DNA of 63,751 bases, the filler included, from Octopus bimaculoides (Eukaryota): assembly GCF_001194135.2 (NCBI RefSeq). It is 7 parts of 6 records of this genome, joined end to end, with 100 filler letters (N's around TTAATTAATTAA, not from the genome) between each part and the next. Parts side by side here need not be neighbours in the genome. Positions count along the whole stretch, not along the records: positions 18,793 to 29,830 come from NC_068991.1; positions 29,931 to 50,596 come from NC_069001.1; 5 more parts are not named here. One strand, given 5' to 3'. A program made the translations under genes and the position numbers. Within the stretch, counting starts at the first letter, position 1. The number at the start of each line of letters is the position of its first letter. Shown here in pieces: positions 24,417 to 37,499 of the stretch. The notes beneath the pieces were generated by a model. It did no database searches. It had not been told where the DNA came from and was given only the letters and a program-made list of their open reading frames with translations.

Positions 24417-24599
24417 GTTTTGGCAGTTCCGTGGGCTCCTGGAATTATCATAGGAAGCGGATGTATGATTTCATCAATTTTGGTCCATGTATTTTTACCA
24501 GAAACGGGAAATAGTGCCCTGCCAGAGACAATCGAGGATGTGAACATGATGAGGAAGAAAAATGGAAAGAAGAATATAAAAATTCAAACTATATCATAA
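24417..24599 (+). CDS. SLC22-family transporter, terminal coding exon (TM12, LPET motifs, stop)
   Basis: Acceptor ttttctatgtccag|GTT, phase 0. Translates VLAVPWAPGIIIGSGCMISSILVHVFLPETGNSALPETIEDVNMMRKKNGKKNIKIQTIS* with TAA at 24597-24599. LPET...LPETIED is the canonical SLC22 C-terminal motif. Confidence 0.93.
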   Translation, partial: VLAVPWAPGIIIGSGCMISSILVHVFLPETGNSALPETIEDVNMMRKKNGKKNIKIQTIS

Positions 24600-25771
24600 A
24601 GAGAATGAGATAATCTCAATAACTTGCAGTTTCAGTCAGCAAGATTACATTTATTACAAATTCAAAATCCGTAGTATATGTTAAAGTGATGAGTGTCTGC
24701 ATATATATATATGTACATATGTTACGTTATATTATATCATATTATATTATATATTGCATATCATATCTAAAAACCCTGGGAGTTAGTTTCTTATGCTATT
24801 AGATGGTGAAGGGCAAATCATAATAGATTCTTAATATAATGAGATATGAGAATTGCTCTCCTTTATCCAGAATGTTCATCACTCTGTCACGTGAGTGAGA
24901 TTACAATACCGTAAAATTTGGAGTCCTGGTAAATTATCAGATTCAGATGAAAAAATTGATTTACACTTTTACTTAGATCGGAAGGGCCCACACGGAAGTC
25001 TTCAAAGAGAATATGGAGACGACGTAGTTAAACGATTTGAGCCAAAATGGAAAAACATTTAGAAATGCTATCCGCAAAACTATTTGGTTCACCCAACATT
25101 TACAATTCTTTCGTGAAAACTAATATCAGAAAAAAGAACCTGCCGATTCAGAGTCCAACATTTTCCATGCAACCACCCATATAAACCATCTTCAACTGGG
25201 GCTGCTTGAAAACGAACGACTGCCAACACATTAGAAGTATATCCGTCAGCAAGATTATGAAGACTGTTGTTGATAAGTGCACTTGGATAGACAAAACATT
25301 CAAACTTACTCAATCGGTAGCAATAATCTATGCAGTAAATGTCTAATATAAATACAAAATTTTAAAAAAATAATAATAAAAATATAAAACTAAATGGCCA
25401 AAAGATCTTTAAAAACTATTTGTCAGCCTGTTATCACCCCAATAGCAAAAAGTAACTCAAGAAGTAGAGATAGAAACACAGAAATATAATATGTCAAAGA
25501 AGAAAAAATGTGGGAAAGCAATGCGTGACCCATCGGTCACACTGTTTGAGGGAAACCAAAACGACAAACGAAGTGGGAGTGATTGACTGTCAGTCACGTT
25601 AAAAGCGAGAGAACAGTAGTGCGAGGTTTTATTCTGAATTCACTGTGCAAATTTTGATCGTAAATAATATTTGCTTTAACAATTTTATATCCCCCGCCAA
25701 ATAATATATATATAAATAAATACATATGAAATTAAAAAATTTTGTTATCAAAATATCCTTCACGTAACACA

Positions 25772-26545
25772 TATTGGGTTATCCTATGAACGCTGCGTTT
25801 TTTTTTTTACTTCTTTCATTTTTCAAAATTAAGATAAACAAAGTTATTTTTAAAATCTAAAATATACTCTCCTCCATTTCCATTTCCTACAATGCTCTTC
25901 AATCTATCTGGTAGATTTGCAGTTCCCCTCTACCAAAATTCACTTATCCGTGACGGAAAATACTCCTCCAGTACTGTTCTGACTTTGTCTACAGATTTCA
26001 TATTTTTTTCGTTCAAATGATTTTGAAGACTGTGGAATAAATAATCATCAGATTGAGCAATGTCCGGCGAATATGGTGGGTGGGACATCATTTCCTATTC
26101 AAACTCCTCCAGCCTTTGGAGTGTCATCTCTGCTGCATGTGGCCAACCATTACCCTGATGGAAGAACACCTTTCGTCTTGAAGCCAAAGATGGTCGTTTT
26201 TCTTTTAGTGCTTATGAATGGTTGAATGACCAAATCCAAATTTCTCTGCTAGCTTCTCAACAGTCACGATGGGGTTTTTTCCATCAGGGTCTGCAGCACG
26301 TCCTCGTCGACCTCTATAAATTTTCTATGATGAGGCTTGTCTTCTAGACTGTAGTTTCAGGCTCGGAATTTCTGGAACCACCGTTGACACTGGTTTACGC
26401 TTGTTCGATCTCCATATACTGCATTAATATTCCTCACACTTTCCATTGTGTTGTTGTCTTTATTGAACTCATAAAGCAAAATATGCCGGATATGCTCATT
26501 TGTCATTTCCATTATGGCTTTGAAAAAAATAACTCTTAAAATCGA
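25772..26545 (-). mobile_element. Internally deleted mariner element
   Basis: N-terminal MTNEHIRHILLYEFNK...CQRWFQKFR and C-terminal FFHQGNGWPH..HPPYSPDIAQSDDYLFHSLQNHL. TIR-like end tattgggttatcc at 25772. Confidence 0.85.
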
Positions 26546-26790
26546 ACTGCACATTTCAAAGGCTGTCATTACTTTCGAGACAGTACTTCTTGATACATTA
26601 AACATTTCGGCTATTTGCGTTACGCTAGCGCCTGCCATACGATCACCAACAATTCGACCTCTTTGAAAGTCCGATAGATCTTTTATTTTGATGAATTTTA
26701 ATTACCTTTTTCTGATGATATCTGAAAAGAAACAGCAATTTTAGCAAAACATATTAAGCAACACTAATAATAAATTAAAAAGCATAGGTG
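26546..26790 (-). mobile_element. Tc1-like transposase 5' fragment (paired-like HTH)
   Basis: KDLSDFQRGRIVGDRMAGASVTQIAEMFNVSRSTVSKVMTAFE is a typical Tc1 N-terminus. It is cut off by the mariner. Confidence 0.75.
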
Positions 26791-26800
26791 TTTCCATTAT

Positions 26801-26852
<52 letters not shown>

Positions 26853-27570
26853 TTAGATAGATAGATAGATAGATAGATGGAATTAAACGCAGGTGTTATT
26901 CAAATCTTTTTACTTCCGAAATATGTTTCGAAGAAAACATTGGTATTATTCTAGCAGGAATAAAATGGTGTAAAACGATGCAATCTTCCCATCAGGGAAA
27001 GAAAGAAACCAAACACATCAATAAGACATTTTTACAGAATGTGATGACTGCCTACATGAAGANNNNNNNNNNNNNNNNNNNNNNNNNNNNNNNNNNNNNN
27101 NNNNNNNNNNNNNNNNNNNNNNNNNNNNNNNNNNNNNNNNNNNNNNNNNNNNNNNNNNNNNNNNNNNNNNNNNNNNNNNNNNNNNNNNNNNNNNNNNNNN
27201 NNNNNNNNNNNNNNNNNNNNNNNNNNNNNNNNNNNNNNNNNNNNNNNNNNNNNNNNNNNNNNNNNNNNNNNNNNNNNNNNNNNNNNNNNNNNNNNNNNNN
27301 NNNNNNNNNNNNNNNNNNNNNNNNNNNNNNNNNNNNNNNNNNNNNNNNNNNNNNNNNNNNNNNNNNNNNNNNNNNNNNNNNNNNNNNNNNNNNNNNNNNN
27401 NNNNNNNNNNNNNNNNNNNNNNNNNNNNNNNNNNNNNNNNNNNNNNNNNNNNNNNNNNNNNNNNNNNNNNNNNNNNNNNNNNNNNNNNNNNNNNNNNNNN
27501 NNNNNNNNNNNNNNNNNNNNNNNNNNNNNATATATACATATATATACACACATATATATGTCTGTGTGTC

Positions 27571-27603
<33 letters not shown>

Positions 27604-28841
27604 GTGTGTGTGTGGATGTATTTATATATATATGTATGTATGTATACATATGCATACATATATACACACAAACACATACGCTTTCGAGAGTAAAGCCAAG
27701 AGATTTTTGTAATGAGCTGGACTTTAGATTCTCATTATGTTTCTGGAAAAATATGGGCAATTAATGAGCGCCGAGATAAGGCGTAGGGACATGGGTTCTA
27801 ATGATTATGAGTGGATATGCAGATCCCGCTAACATTCGTGGGGAATAAGACACTGCCACAGTTGTACTCTGTCGTTGGAGCAGAGAAAAAGTGGAGATAG
27901 TGATGCCAGATAAATATCTCAGAAGGAACACGTGGTGGGGTATCTCACATGACAGGTTTTGCACATACGGGCTGAACATAGAATAGAATGAGAGAATTGG
28001 GCTATTGGTGTAGCAACAACAGTTGGTCCTACAATCTGCTGCTTCTAGAGTATCACATTCAAACTTGGAGAAAGAAATCTTTTCATCGTCACAACTAGAA
28101 AGCAACAACTTGTTTTCAGAATACAAGAAAATATATCCTGTCCCTCTTTCTACTCTGCCTAATATATCGTTTTACAAGCAAGGTTATTTACTTAATTAAA
28201 TCAGTTCAATGATTCAAAGCAAGATAGATTTGTGCTCCTGAGTGATTACGTGATGTACAAGTTATTCACCCGATCCAGATCGTATGGAATTGCAGTTTTT
28301 ACAAAATAGTTTAGTTCTCTATATAACGACCGGGATGTCAGAGTGGCACTCTGAATTTAAAGAGCACTATGTTGGAGACTTGAAACCTCAACGGGACTCT
28401 GTCCGAACAAATTTTCACGTGCCCAAAAGCATTATCAAAAACTGTCATCTGATTACAATTATCAAATATTACCCGAAAATCATGTTTATATTTAATACAT
28501 GTATTTTTCCTTAAGAACATAAAGACCTACAGTAAAACATTATTCCATGGTCAGTCACTGATAATTTTATTAACTCAAGTTTCGATAGAGAATGTTGTAC
28601 ATCTGTTAATGTAAATGTATTGCGATAATATATTTGCATTTGTATAATATTCGTTCTAGTTTATATTCTAAATTATATTCCACGGCATATGTTTGCTAGA
28701 ATAAATAGATTAAAACTCGTTATATTCTAATTTGCATGAAATCCATTTAAAACATTACAAACATGTAGAAATAACATGTAATATACAACTGCTACTCACA
28801 AACAAGAACTAAATACAAATACACACATGAAGAAACACACA

Positions 28842-28905
<64 letters not shown>

Positions 28906-29467
28906 CATATATAATGAGATGCATTGTGGAATATACATAAACGAAGCTAAAATGAAATTTTCCCAAATTTAGGTTGATGGAGTCCTACGTACTCCGGGAC
29001 AAACAAGATTGCTCCACACCAGTCATTGCATTCTGATTTGTGCCTCTGTAATTGTAGAATCGGCAAATAGTTTATTCTACATATTCTATGGTATGTATAA
29101 AGTTTACATGTAGGTATCCATACGCAAATATATCTAACCACAAAACACACATATCTGTATCTGTATGATTCCATTTATTTATCTACCTATAAACATATAC
29201 ACACACACACACACACGCACACACACTCACATACACTCGCACTAGCTGCGTATCCTGTTGTCGTTGTACAATTTTCATGACAGAATGCCTTGGCGGAGTT
29301 TCAGAATAACACACTCCATTATAGTTCGATTTTCTTCGTTTTCACGGGGACTTTTCAAATATTTTCCCACCACACACTTATAAATAATGTGGGGAATAAT
29401 TTTATGAAAAAAGTATTTGAAAATTTAAAAATCTCCCCACCTCTTCTCGTCCGGGCCGATTTTGTCC

Positions 29468-29479
<12 letters not shown>

Positions 29480-29499
<20 letters not shown>

Positions 29500-29830
29500 G
29501 TTCAGTAGTTTTATTTTTATAACGTGCTTTCACTTCACTACTGAGCGCAGCTTTGTGCGCCTTGGGTATGTGCTGTGGTTTGCTGTGGTGCCCTTATGGT
29601 TACTGTATTGAAAGTGTTTTGCGTAGGATGTGTGCTGTGCCCAGTAGTGCAATTTTCTGTATGTTATATATATTTGTAAGTCCTGGTGTTTTTGTTATGT
29701 ATTTGTCTGAATATTTTTTTATTATACCTAAGGCACCTACTATAATAGGAATTGTTTCTGTTTTTAGATTCCACATTCGAGTTACCTCTATTTCCAGGTC
29801 TTTGTATTTTGAAAGTTTTTCCATTTCTTT
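29480..29830 (-). mobile_element. R4/Dong-like (RLE) LINE 3' end with (AAT)n tail
   Basis: EKLSKYKDLEIEVTRMWNLKTETIPIIVGALG...IQKIALLGTAHILRKTLSIQ* is an RLE endonuclease C-terminus. Confidence 0.88.
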
Positions 29831-29944
29831 NNNNNNNNNNNNNNNNNNNNNNNNNNNNNNNNNNNNNNNNNNNNTTAATTAATTAANNNNNNNNNNNNNN
29901 NNNNNNNNNNNNNNNNNNNNNNNNNNNNNNATATATATATATAT

Positions 29945-30982
29945 AAGACAGCAGCCAACGGAGCCCTTTCCACGGAGACATTACTAGAAAGTGGAGTGCC
30001 TCAGGGAACTGTATTGAGTCACTGCTGTTCATGCTATCAGTTACACAGATAACCACACTTACAAACTATGCTGATGAAACAAAAGTTGTACAAGCAGTCA
30101 AGGAACCTTCTGATGCTAATCTTCTGTAGAAAGACCTAGATGCCATATTTGAACAGGCTGAGGACAACTACATGCAATTTAATGAAGGCAAATTTCAAGT
30201 CCTCTGCTACCAGCTAATTGGTGCTCAGAAGTCACAACAACGATACTTTAGACAAACGGAGCGGAAATCCTAGAATCACATACGGTACAGGCGAATGACC
30301 GAATGGATTCTGAGAACCTTTAGAACAAGGGACCAGGAAACTATGATGGTCCTATGGAGGACATTCGTCCTCAGCCGTCTGGACTACTGCTCTCAACTAT
30401 AGTCGCCTTACACTGTAGGATTAACAGCAGAACTTGAAGCGGCTCAGCGATACTACACAAGGAAGACTGCATCAATGGAACAGCTGAGCCATTGGGAGAG
30501 ACTGAAAAAGCTACGACTCCACTCCCTGGAGCGAAGACGGGAGAGGTATGCAGTGATATATGTATGGAAGATACTGGAGGGACTGGCACCAAACTTTGGA
30601 ATTGAGAGTTGTACCAGACCTTGAAATGGACGTCATTGCACTGTTTCAAAAGTCCCAGCAGTCTCATCTAGGGCGAGGACCATGTACTGCAATAGCTTGG
30701 GATTGAAGGGCTCACAGCTATTTAACTCCTTGCCAAAACAGCTGAGGGATCTCAATGGAGAGGGAGTAGATGTTTTCAAGAAACAACTTGACCTCTTACT
30801 ATCCAAGATTCCAGATGAACCAATATCAAGGCAGGAAACTCAAAAGAGGGCAGCGATATCGAACTCCCTCCTTCACCAAAAGCCAAACCCTTAGAATTGG
30901 CAAATTAAAAGGTGATTACAATGGCGATGCCCTAGCATGGCCGCAGCCTCAAGGCTGAAGCATATAAAAGAATAAAAGAATA
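29945..30982 (+). mobile_element. CR1/L2-superfamily LINE, decayed RT through 3' tail
   Basis: ESGVPQGTVL, YADETK, KDLDAIF..MQFNEGKF, SRLDYCSQL, SLERRRERY and GSQLFNSLP..FKKQLD.LL..IPDEP. Ends in a stem-loop plus (TAAAAGAA)n. Confidence 0.88.
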
Positions 30983-31048
30983 TATACACATACTTATTTG
31001 TAATTATATATACATTTATGTGTACATTCATATATATAAAACTGCATG

Positions 31049-31150
<102 letters not shown>

Positions 31151-31163
31151 CAAATGCATACAA

Positions 31164-31204
<41 letters not shown>

Positions 31205-31959
31205 TACAAACATATCTATACAAGTTTATTTGTATCTGCGTGTGTGTGAGGGTGTGTGTGCACTCGTAAGTATGTAAGTATGTAAACGTATGTATAATAG
31301 TTTCGTTTATTTACTTTGTGGTGTACAAACATTAAGTGCTCAATACTCCTTTCTTTTTGAAGTGTGTAAAATATGATGCATATATTTACTTAAATCGAAG
31401 TGAAAAATGTAGCCCGGTTTATGTTACATATGAATACATACGTATGTATGCATGCATGCATGAATGTATGTATGTGTGTGCGCGCGCACGTATGTATGCA
31501 TATACATGTATACAGATATATGTATACATATATAGATCACACACACACACACATACACATACACACATACACATACACACATACACATACACACATACAC
31601 ATATTTGAAAGTCTATGAGGATTACTTAATACAATTTTTTAAAGAGTAGAGGTGATTTTTAAAAAAAGATTATTAAAAAAAAAATGTTATGAAATTTGTT
31701 ATGAGGAAGAAGTTATTTTCTAGTATGTGAGCGCTTTCGTTAAACCTTTTCAAACACACGTGCTCTTAAAGAGGAAATCATTTTTGTATTATTTCCTGTT
31801 TATTTTCGGACTTCTGGTTTTAGTCATAAATATTCTTTTCCCATTATGGAGTGTTGGCCATATTCGGTTTAATTTCGGATTTAGGATTCTTATAAAGTAT
31901 TCTTCTTTTGCATTTCGTTGTTGTACATTTTTATCGTTTATTTTATAAAATGGGAATAT

Positions 31960-32815
31960 TTTGATTTTCCATTTGTACAGATATCTAGATGTTAACTACA
32001 TGGGACATTCCTGAGAGATGAATCCCTAATTTGTTGTTTATGCACATTTACACGGCTGGTCAGTTTCCTTCCTGTTTCTCCAATGTAGTTTTCATTGCAC
32101 TGTGGGCATGTGATGCAGTAGATGAGATTTCTTGCTTTGCAATTCATGTTTGCATTCACTTTTAATTTCTTCCCATTCTTGAGCCTTTTGGTTGTCCCTT
32201 GCTCAATTAATTCACTTGTCCCAAAGCGGGGGGTCTCCACACTTGGTTACTTGCGTCGTTTCTTTTTTAAGTGTAAACCTCGCATTTGTTAGGAGTCTCT
32301 TGAGGTTAGATGATTGTGTTCGATTATTGATAATTCGTGATTTTTTAATTATTCGTTGGAGATTTGGTGATTGATGTAGAATTGGAAGATATCGTTTGGC
32401 TGATTGCAGGATGTTGTGCTTTCTAGGATTGTGGGGGATTACAAACGGAATATTTATATTTGTATTTTTATTTTCACACCTAGCCTGAGTGTTTCTCCGT
32501 AAGTTAGAGATCGGGATTTCCTTTGCTTTTGTTATGACATGTTGAATTAATTTGTTGGGATATTTTTGTTTCTGAAGGAATATATTAAGTTCTGCCAGTC
32601 GCTTCTCTCGTCTAAAAGTATCTGTGACTATTGAGCATATGCTCCTTGCCATATTCAAAGGTATGTTCCTTTCTATATGGGAAGGATGGCAAGATCTAAC
32701 ATCTAAATATTGTTGTGTGTCTCTGTTATTATAGTAGAGGTCAGTTGTAACTGTCGCATTTTCTTTAATAATAAGGATGTCTAGAAAGGAGAGATCGTTT
32801 TCATTCATTTCCATA
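31960..32815 (-). mobile_element. Penelope-like element relic (RT thumb and GIY-YIG endonuclease)
   Basis: LSFLDILI..TDLYY...QYLDVRSCHP, then NLIYCITCPQCNENYIGETGRKLTSRVNVH (GIY-YIG with CxxC). Confidence 0.92.
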
Positions 32816-32819
32816 GTGA

Positions 32820-33720
32820 ATTGGATTGGGACATGAATGCTATTTATTAATTCAGGAGCTAGAACTGGTATTGAAATACCTGATGAATATTGTAAACTTG
32901 ATAATGGCGAACAGTTTCTGAGATATGATTCGAGTATTGAGGATCAACAGCGTATACTAGTATTTGCATCAGAAAGTGCTCTTCAGGATATAGCATCATA
33001 TCGTCATTGGATATGTGATGGAACGTTTAAAATAGTACCAGAACAGTGGTTTCAACTGTTTAGCATTCATGTACAAGTTAAAGGTACCAGTTTTCCACGG
33101 GTCTTTGCATTACTGCCGAGTAAAACAAAGCAGACATACAAATTATTTTTCGAGCAATTGAAAATTATGCAACTTAATGCATATCCGCTTGATGACATGG
33201 CAAATTTCGAAGTTGCAGTTCATAAGGTATTTAATTCATCATTCCTTAATTCATCTGTCGTGGCATGTTTGTTTCATTTGAGCCAATCAATATTTCGAAA
33301 AAATTACAAATTTAGGCCTCAAAGAAAAATACAATAAAGACTCTGAATGTTGTCTTAAAATTCGATGTTTTCAAAATTCGATGTGGTCTTAAAATTCGAT
33401 GTTTTCCTACCTGTTGAAGATTTCGAAAAGGCCTATGAAGAATTAATAGACGATGAAGAAATGCCAGCAGAATTAATCGCTTACTTCGACTTGACTTACA
33501 TAGGCGTTGTGAAAGGACGTGGTGCTAGACGACGGAGGAAACTACCTACTTCCTGATAGCTGTATGGAATGTAAACCAGCGTATTCTTCAGGATCTTCCC
33601 AGAACAAATAGTGCTGCGAAGGGGTTTCATTCTGCGATAAAGCAGAATATGTTTTATATGTAACCAAGCAAAACTTTCTGCTGCCAACAAAGGGGTTATT
33701 CTCCAAGACTATGTTTAAGT
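32820..33720 (+). mobile_element. MULE (Mutator-like) transposase pseudogene
   Basis: FLRYDS..RILVFAS...WICDGTFKIVPEQWFQLFSIH...FALLPSKTKQTY...CLFHLSQSIFRK carries the MULE DGTF and CxFH motifs. Frameshifted downstream. Confidence 0.92.
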
Positions 33721-34466
33721 ACATTAGTCTAGCTACGGCTGGATCACAAAGAACAACTGTGCTAGGAAAGTACTTATTCAGAAGTTCTTCACATATCCCT
33801 AAGATGTTATTATTTTCACTGCTGACTACATATTTGAAGGACTCCTTTCTTCCTCTACTGTTCCGTAGGGGTTATCTGAGTGATGCAATGTACGTATGTA
33901 TGTATGTATGTATGTATGTATGTATGTGTGTATGTGTGTATGTGCGTGTGCATGTATGTATACAGAAATCTGTACAAACGAACGATATAGGCTCTCGAAA
34001 CGTATTACGGAATCTAAACNNNNNNNNNNNNNNNNNNNNNNNNNNNNNNNNNNNNNNNNNNNNNNNNNNNNNNNNNNNNNNNNNNNNNNNNNNNNNNNNN
34101 NNNNNNNNNNNNNNNNNNNNNNNNNNNNNNNNNNNNNNNNNNNNNNNNNNNNNNNNNNNNNNNNNNNNNNNNNNNNNNNNNNNNNNNNNNNNNNNNNNNN
34201 NNNNNNNNNNNNNNNNNNNNNNNNNNNNNNNNNNNNNNNNNNNNNNNNNNNNNNNNNNNNNNNNNNNNNNNNNNNNNNNNNNNNNNNNNNNNNNNNNNNN
34301 NNNNNNNNNNNNNNNNNNNNNNNNNNNNNNNNNNNNNNNNNNNNNNNNNNNNNNNNNNNNNNNNNNNNNNNNNNNNNNNNNNNNNNNNNNNNNNNNNNNN
34401 NNNNNNNNNNNNNNNNNNNNNNNNNNNNNNNNNNNNNNNNNNNNNNNNNNNNNNNNNNNNNNNNNG

Positions 34467-35440
34467 CTCGCACTAAACAACATAAATGCCACTCACTCCT
34501 TGATTCTGTCCCACCCGATTCCACTGAACCCACCCATCCTCATCTACCTCCCGGATACAGTCGCCCTCATCCTCACCCCATCCCTTCCGTTACTCCAACT
34601 CTCCATGCACTTACTACTTCCTCTCTCTCCTCCAACGTACTATTCTCCTAGCATTCCGGCGACTCCAGTCCAAACCCTCCAGAACCTGCGTGACCTCCAG
34701 GTCCACAGTTTCTTCCCTAACCCCACTTCCCAGCCTGACTCGATCCCCTGATCCCGCCCACGCTGCTGCACTTCCTCGTACCTCTCCAATACCACCATCC
34801 TCACAGGCACTATCATATCATCGACTATCATATATACCCGACTCCTTTATCTGCACTTCTAGTAACGTCATTTACTGCATCAGTCAAACGGGACGCCGCT
34901 TGGCTGACCGGGTCGCGGAGCACCTCCGAAACATCAGATTCGGCAATGAAACCCCGTTCTCGCGCCATTTTCGCTCTACGGGTCATTCACTACAACACCT
35001 GTCTGTGTTCAGATTGTCTTTGCACAGGCGCTATCCGGACTCGCGCCTTCGCCGCGAACAGGAATTAATCTTCCCTCTTTGCTCCTTTGCGCCACATGGG
35101 CTCAACTCCTCTCCTCTCTTCCCCTGACACATACTTCCTCTCTTCACTCCTACTCACCTTCTCTCTTCATTGACACCCCCTCCTTTGTTTTGGGATCACC
35201 GATACTTTATTATCTACCTCTCCTGTGAAACCTTTTATTCCCAACCAATCGCCATGCTTGACCGCTAGATCCACAATGTTTTTATTCTCTCTATGTTTAT
35301 TTTCTCTTATACCTTTCTGTTGAAGAGCGTTGGCAGGAAACGTAAAAGACTTTCTCACTTTCCCGAACGTCAAACTAATACACCTGTTTGTTGTTCATAC
35401 ACATGTCTTCGTCTTTTGTTTTTCTGTAAATTTCAACAAC
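34467..35440 (+). mobile_element. Penelope-like element 3' part (GIY-YIG relic and terminal repeat)
   Basis: FICTSSNVIYCI-[deletion]-QTGRRLADRVAEHLRNI...HF...RREQELIF....PHGLN. The 3' region is homologous to 40085-40270. Confidence 0.85.
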
Positions 35441-35444
35441 ACAC

Positions 35445-35486
<42 letters not shown>

Positions 35487-36289
35487 CTATGTATGTATGT
35501 ATGTATGNNNNNNNNNNNNNNNNNNNNNNNNNNNNNNNNNNNNNNNNNNNNNNNNNNNNNNNNNNNNNNNNNNNNNNNNNNNNNNNNNNNNNNNNNNNNN
35601 NNNNNNNNNNNNNNNNNNNNNNNNNNNNNNNNNNNNNNNNNNNNNNNNNNNNNNNNNNNNNNNNNNNNNNNNNNNNNNNNNNNNNNNNNNNNNNNNNNNN
35701 NNNNNNNNNNNNNNNNNNNNNNNNNNNNNNNNNNNNNNNNNNNNNNNNNNNNNNNNNNNNNNNNNNNNNNNNNNNNNNNNNNNNNNNNNNNNNNNNNNNN
35801 NNNNNNNNNNNNNNNNNNNNNNNNNNNNNNNNNNNNNNNNNNNNNNNNNNNNNNNNNNNNNNNNNNNNNNNNNNNNNNNNNNNNNNNNNNNNNNNNNNNN
35901 NNNNNNNNNNNNNNNNNNNNNNNNNNNNNNNNNNNNNNNNNNNNNNNNNNNNNNNNNNNNNNNNNNNNNNNNNNNNNNNNNNNNNNNNNNNNNNNNNNNN
36001 NNNNNNNNNNNNNNNNNNNNNNNNNNNNNNNNNNNNNNNNNNNNNNNNNNNNNNNNNNNNNNNNNNNNNNNNNNNNNNNNNNNNNNNNNNNNNNNNNNNN
36101 NNNNNNNNNNNNNNNNNNNNNNNNNNNNNNNNNNNNNNNNNNNNNNNNNNNNNNNNNNNNNNNNNNNNNNNNNNNNNNNNNNNNNNNNNNNNNNNNNNNN
36201 NNNNNNNNNNNNNNNNNNNNNNNNNNNNNNNNNNNNNNNNNNNNNNNNNNNNNNNNNNNNNNNNNNNNNNNNNNNNNNNNNNNNNNNNN

Positions 36290-36327
<38 letters not shown>

Positions 36328-36329
36328 AT

Positions 36330-37370
36330 TACAATATACTTACATATGCGAACGTATGCAAAATATCTTCAGAAGAAAGAATGAGCGGATATGAGCAGAA
36401 GATCACGTATGGATATGTTAGCTGAAAGCTCCTGGGTGATGGTAATATTGATCATCAAAGTGGTCTATCATGGACCAACAACCGGATTGCTAACTCCCAT
36501 TTTGAAGGATATGCGCTTGCAATTTAGGAACAGGAAACATCAACCAAATACCTGATGCACAAAAGGGATAGACACGCAAGAAAATTCAACAAAATGTGAT
36601 AACCGATGCAGACTTTGTGGAGTTAACACCGAAAATATTACTCACATTATAAGCAGTTGTCCGATATGTTATCACAGTATTATCTACCTATGAGACTTGA
36701 TATTGTAAGCACTATATAATGAAATCTGTCGGAAGGATAACCCCGAGGACAAAGAATTAAGAACTCACAGTATGGTAGAAGCCATAGTCACTCATAACAA
36801 AAAGGTGTACCGGTGGAATGTCCCTGTGAAAACCTCAGTGAAATGCAAACATAATAGACCTGACATAGTGTTTTGGGATAAATTGAAACTGTGTACATTT
36901 GTGGAAATCAGCTGCCCAGCGGATGTTAACATAAAGCTAAATATCGTTGAAAAAAAATGTCTATGCTGAACTATTGAATAATCTACAGATACTCTATCCA
37001 GATTCCAAGTTAAGGTTTATACCTGTAATTATACCTGTAATTACCTGCAGCATTGGGATATACAACACATTACTTACTAAGTACCAATGTTGAGAAATTC
37101 GGCTCTTCAAGCCATCACCGGAACTGTAAAAATCTGTAAAACTTTCCAGAAATTTATCATTTAAGTATATATGCGCATGTCTAGATGTGCAAGTATATGC
37201 GTGAGGATACATACACAAGACAAAAAGTACAAATCTGAACATATACATACATGCATGGAAAAATACTCTGTTGATGTTGGTGAAACTCCAATGAAGGAAT
37301 CTTGGATCTAGGTTAGAAATCGGTTCTTCCTCTATTAGCAAGAAATCTTGAAACAAAACTGAATAATGAC
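36330..37370 (+). mobile_element. R4/Dong-like LINE 3' fragment (CCHC knuckle, PD-(D/E)xK endonuclease, 3' UTR)
   Basis: CRLCGVNTENITHIISSCP and WNVPVKT...HNRPDIV....FVEISCP; stops are present. Confidence 0.85.
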
Positions 37371-37499
37371 ATACAAACATATGTGGACACAAAAATATGA
37401 GAGTAAGAGGACACCTATGGACCAGAGATAAGGAGTTTGCAAATCCAGTACCCAAGATACACTTTCAGCTTCATACCCATTATTATTGGAGCATCAAGA

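Noticed and set aside
24900-25330. Possible degenerate transposase (CTWIDKTFKL, similar to MULE W..DGTFK)
   Set aside because: It is a single weak motif with no further MULE motifs or termini.
31725-31760. Possible minus-strand hammerhead remnant (gtgtttgaaaaggtttaacgaaagcgctcaca) downstream of the Penelope relic
   Set aside because: The CUGANGA box is not recoverable and stem II is incomplete, so it is too degenerate to call.
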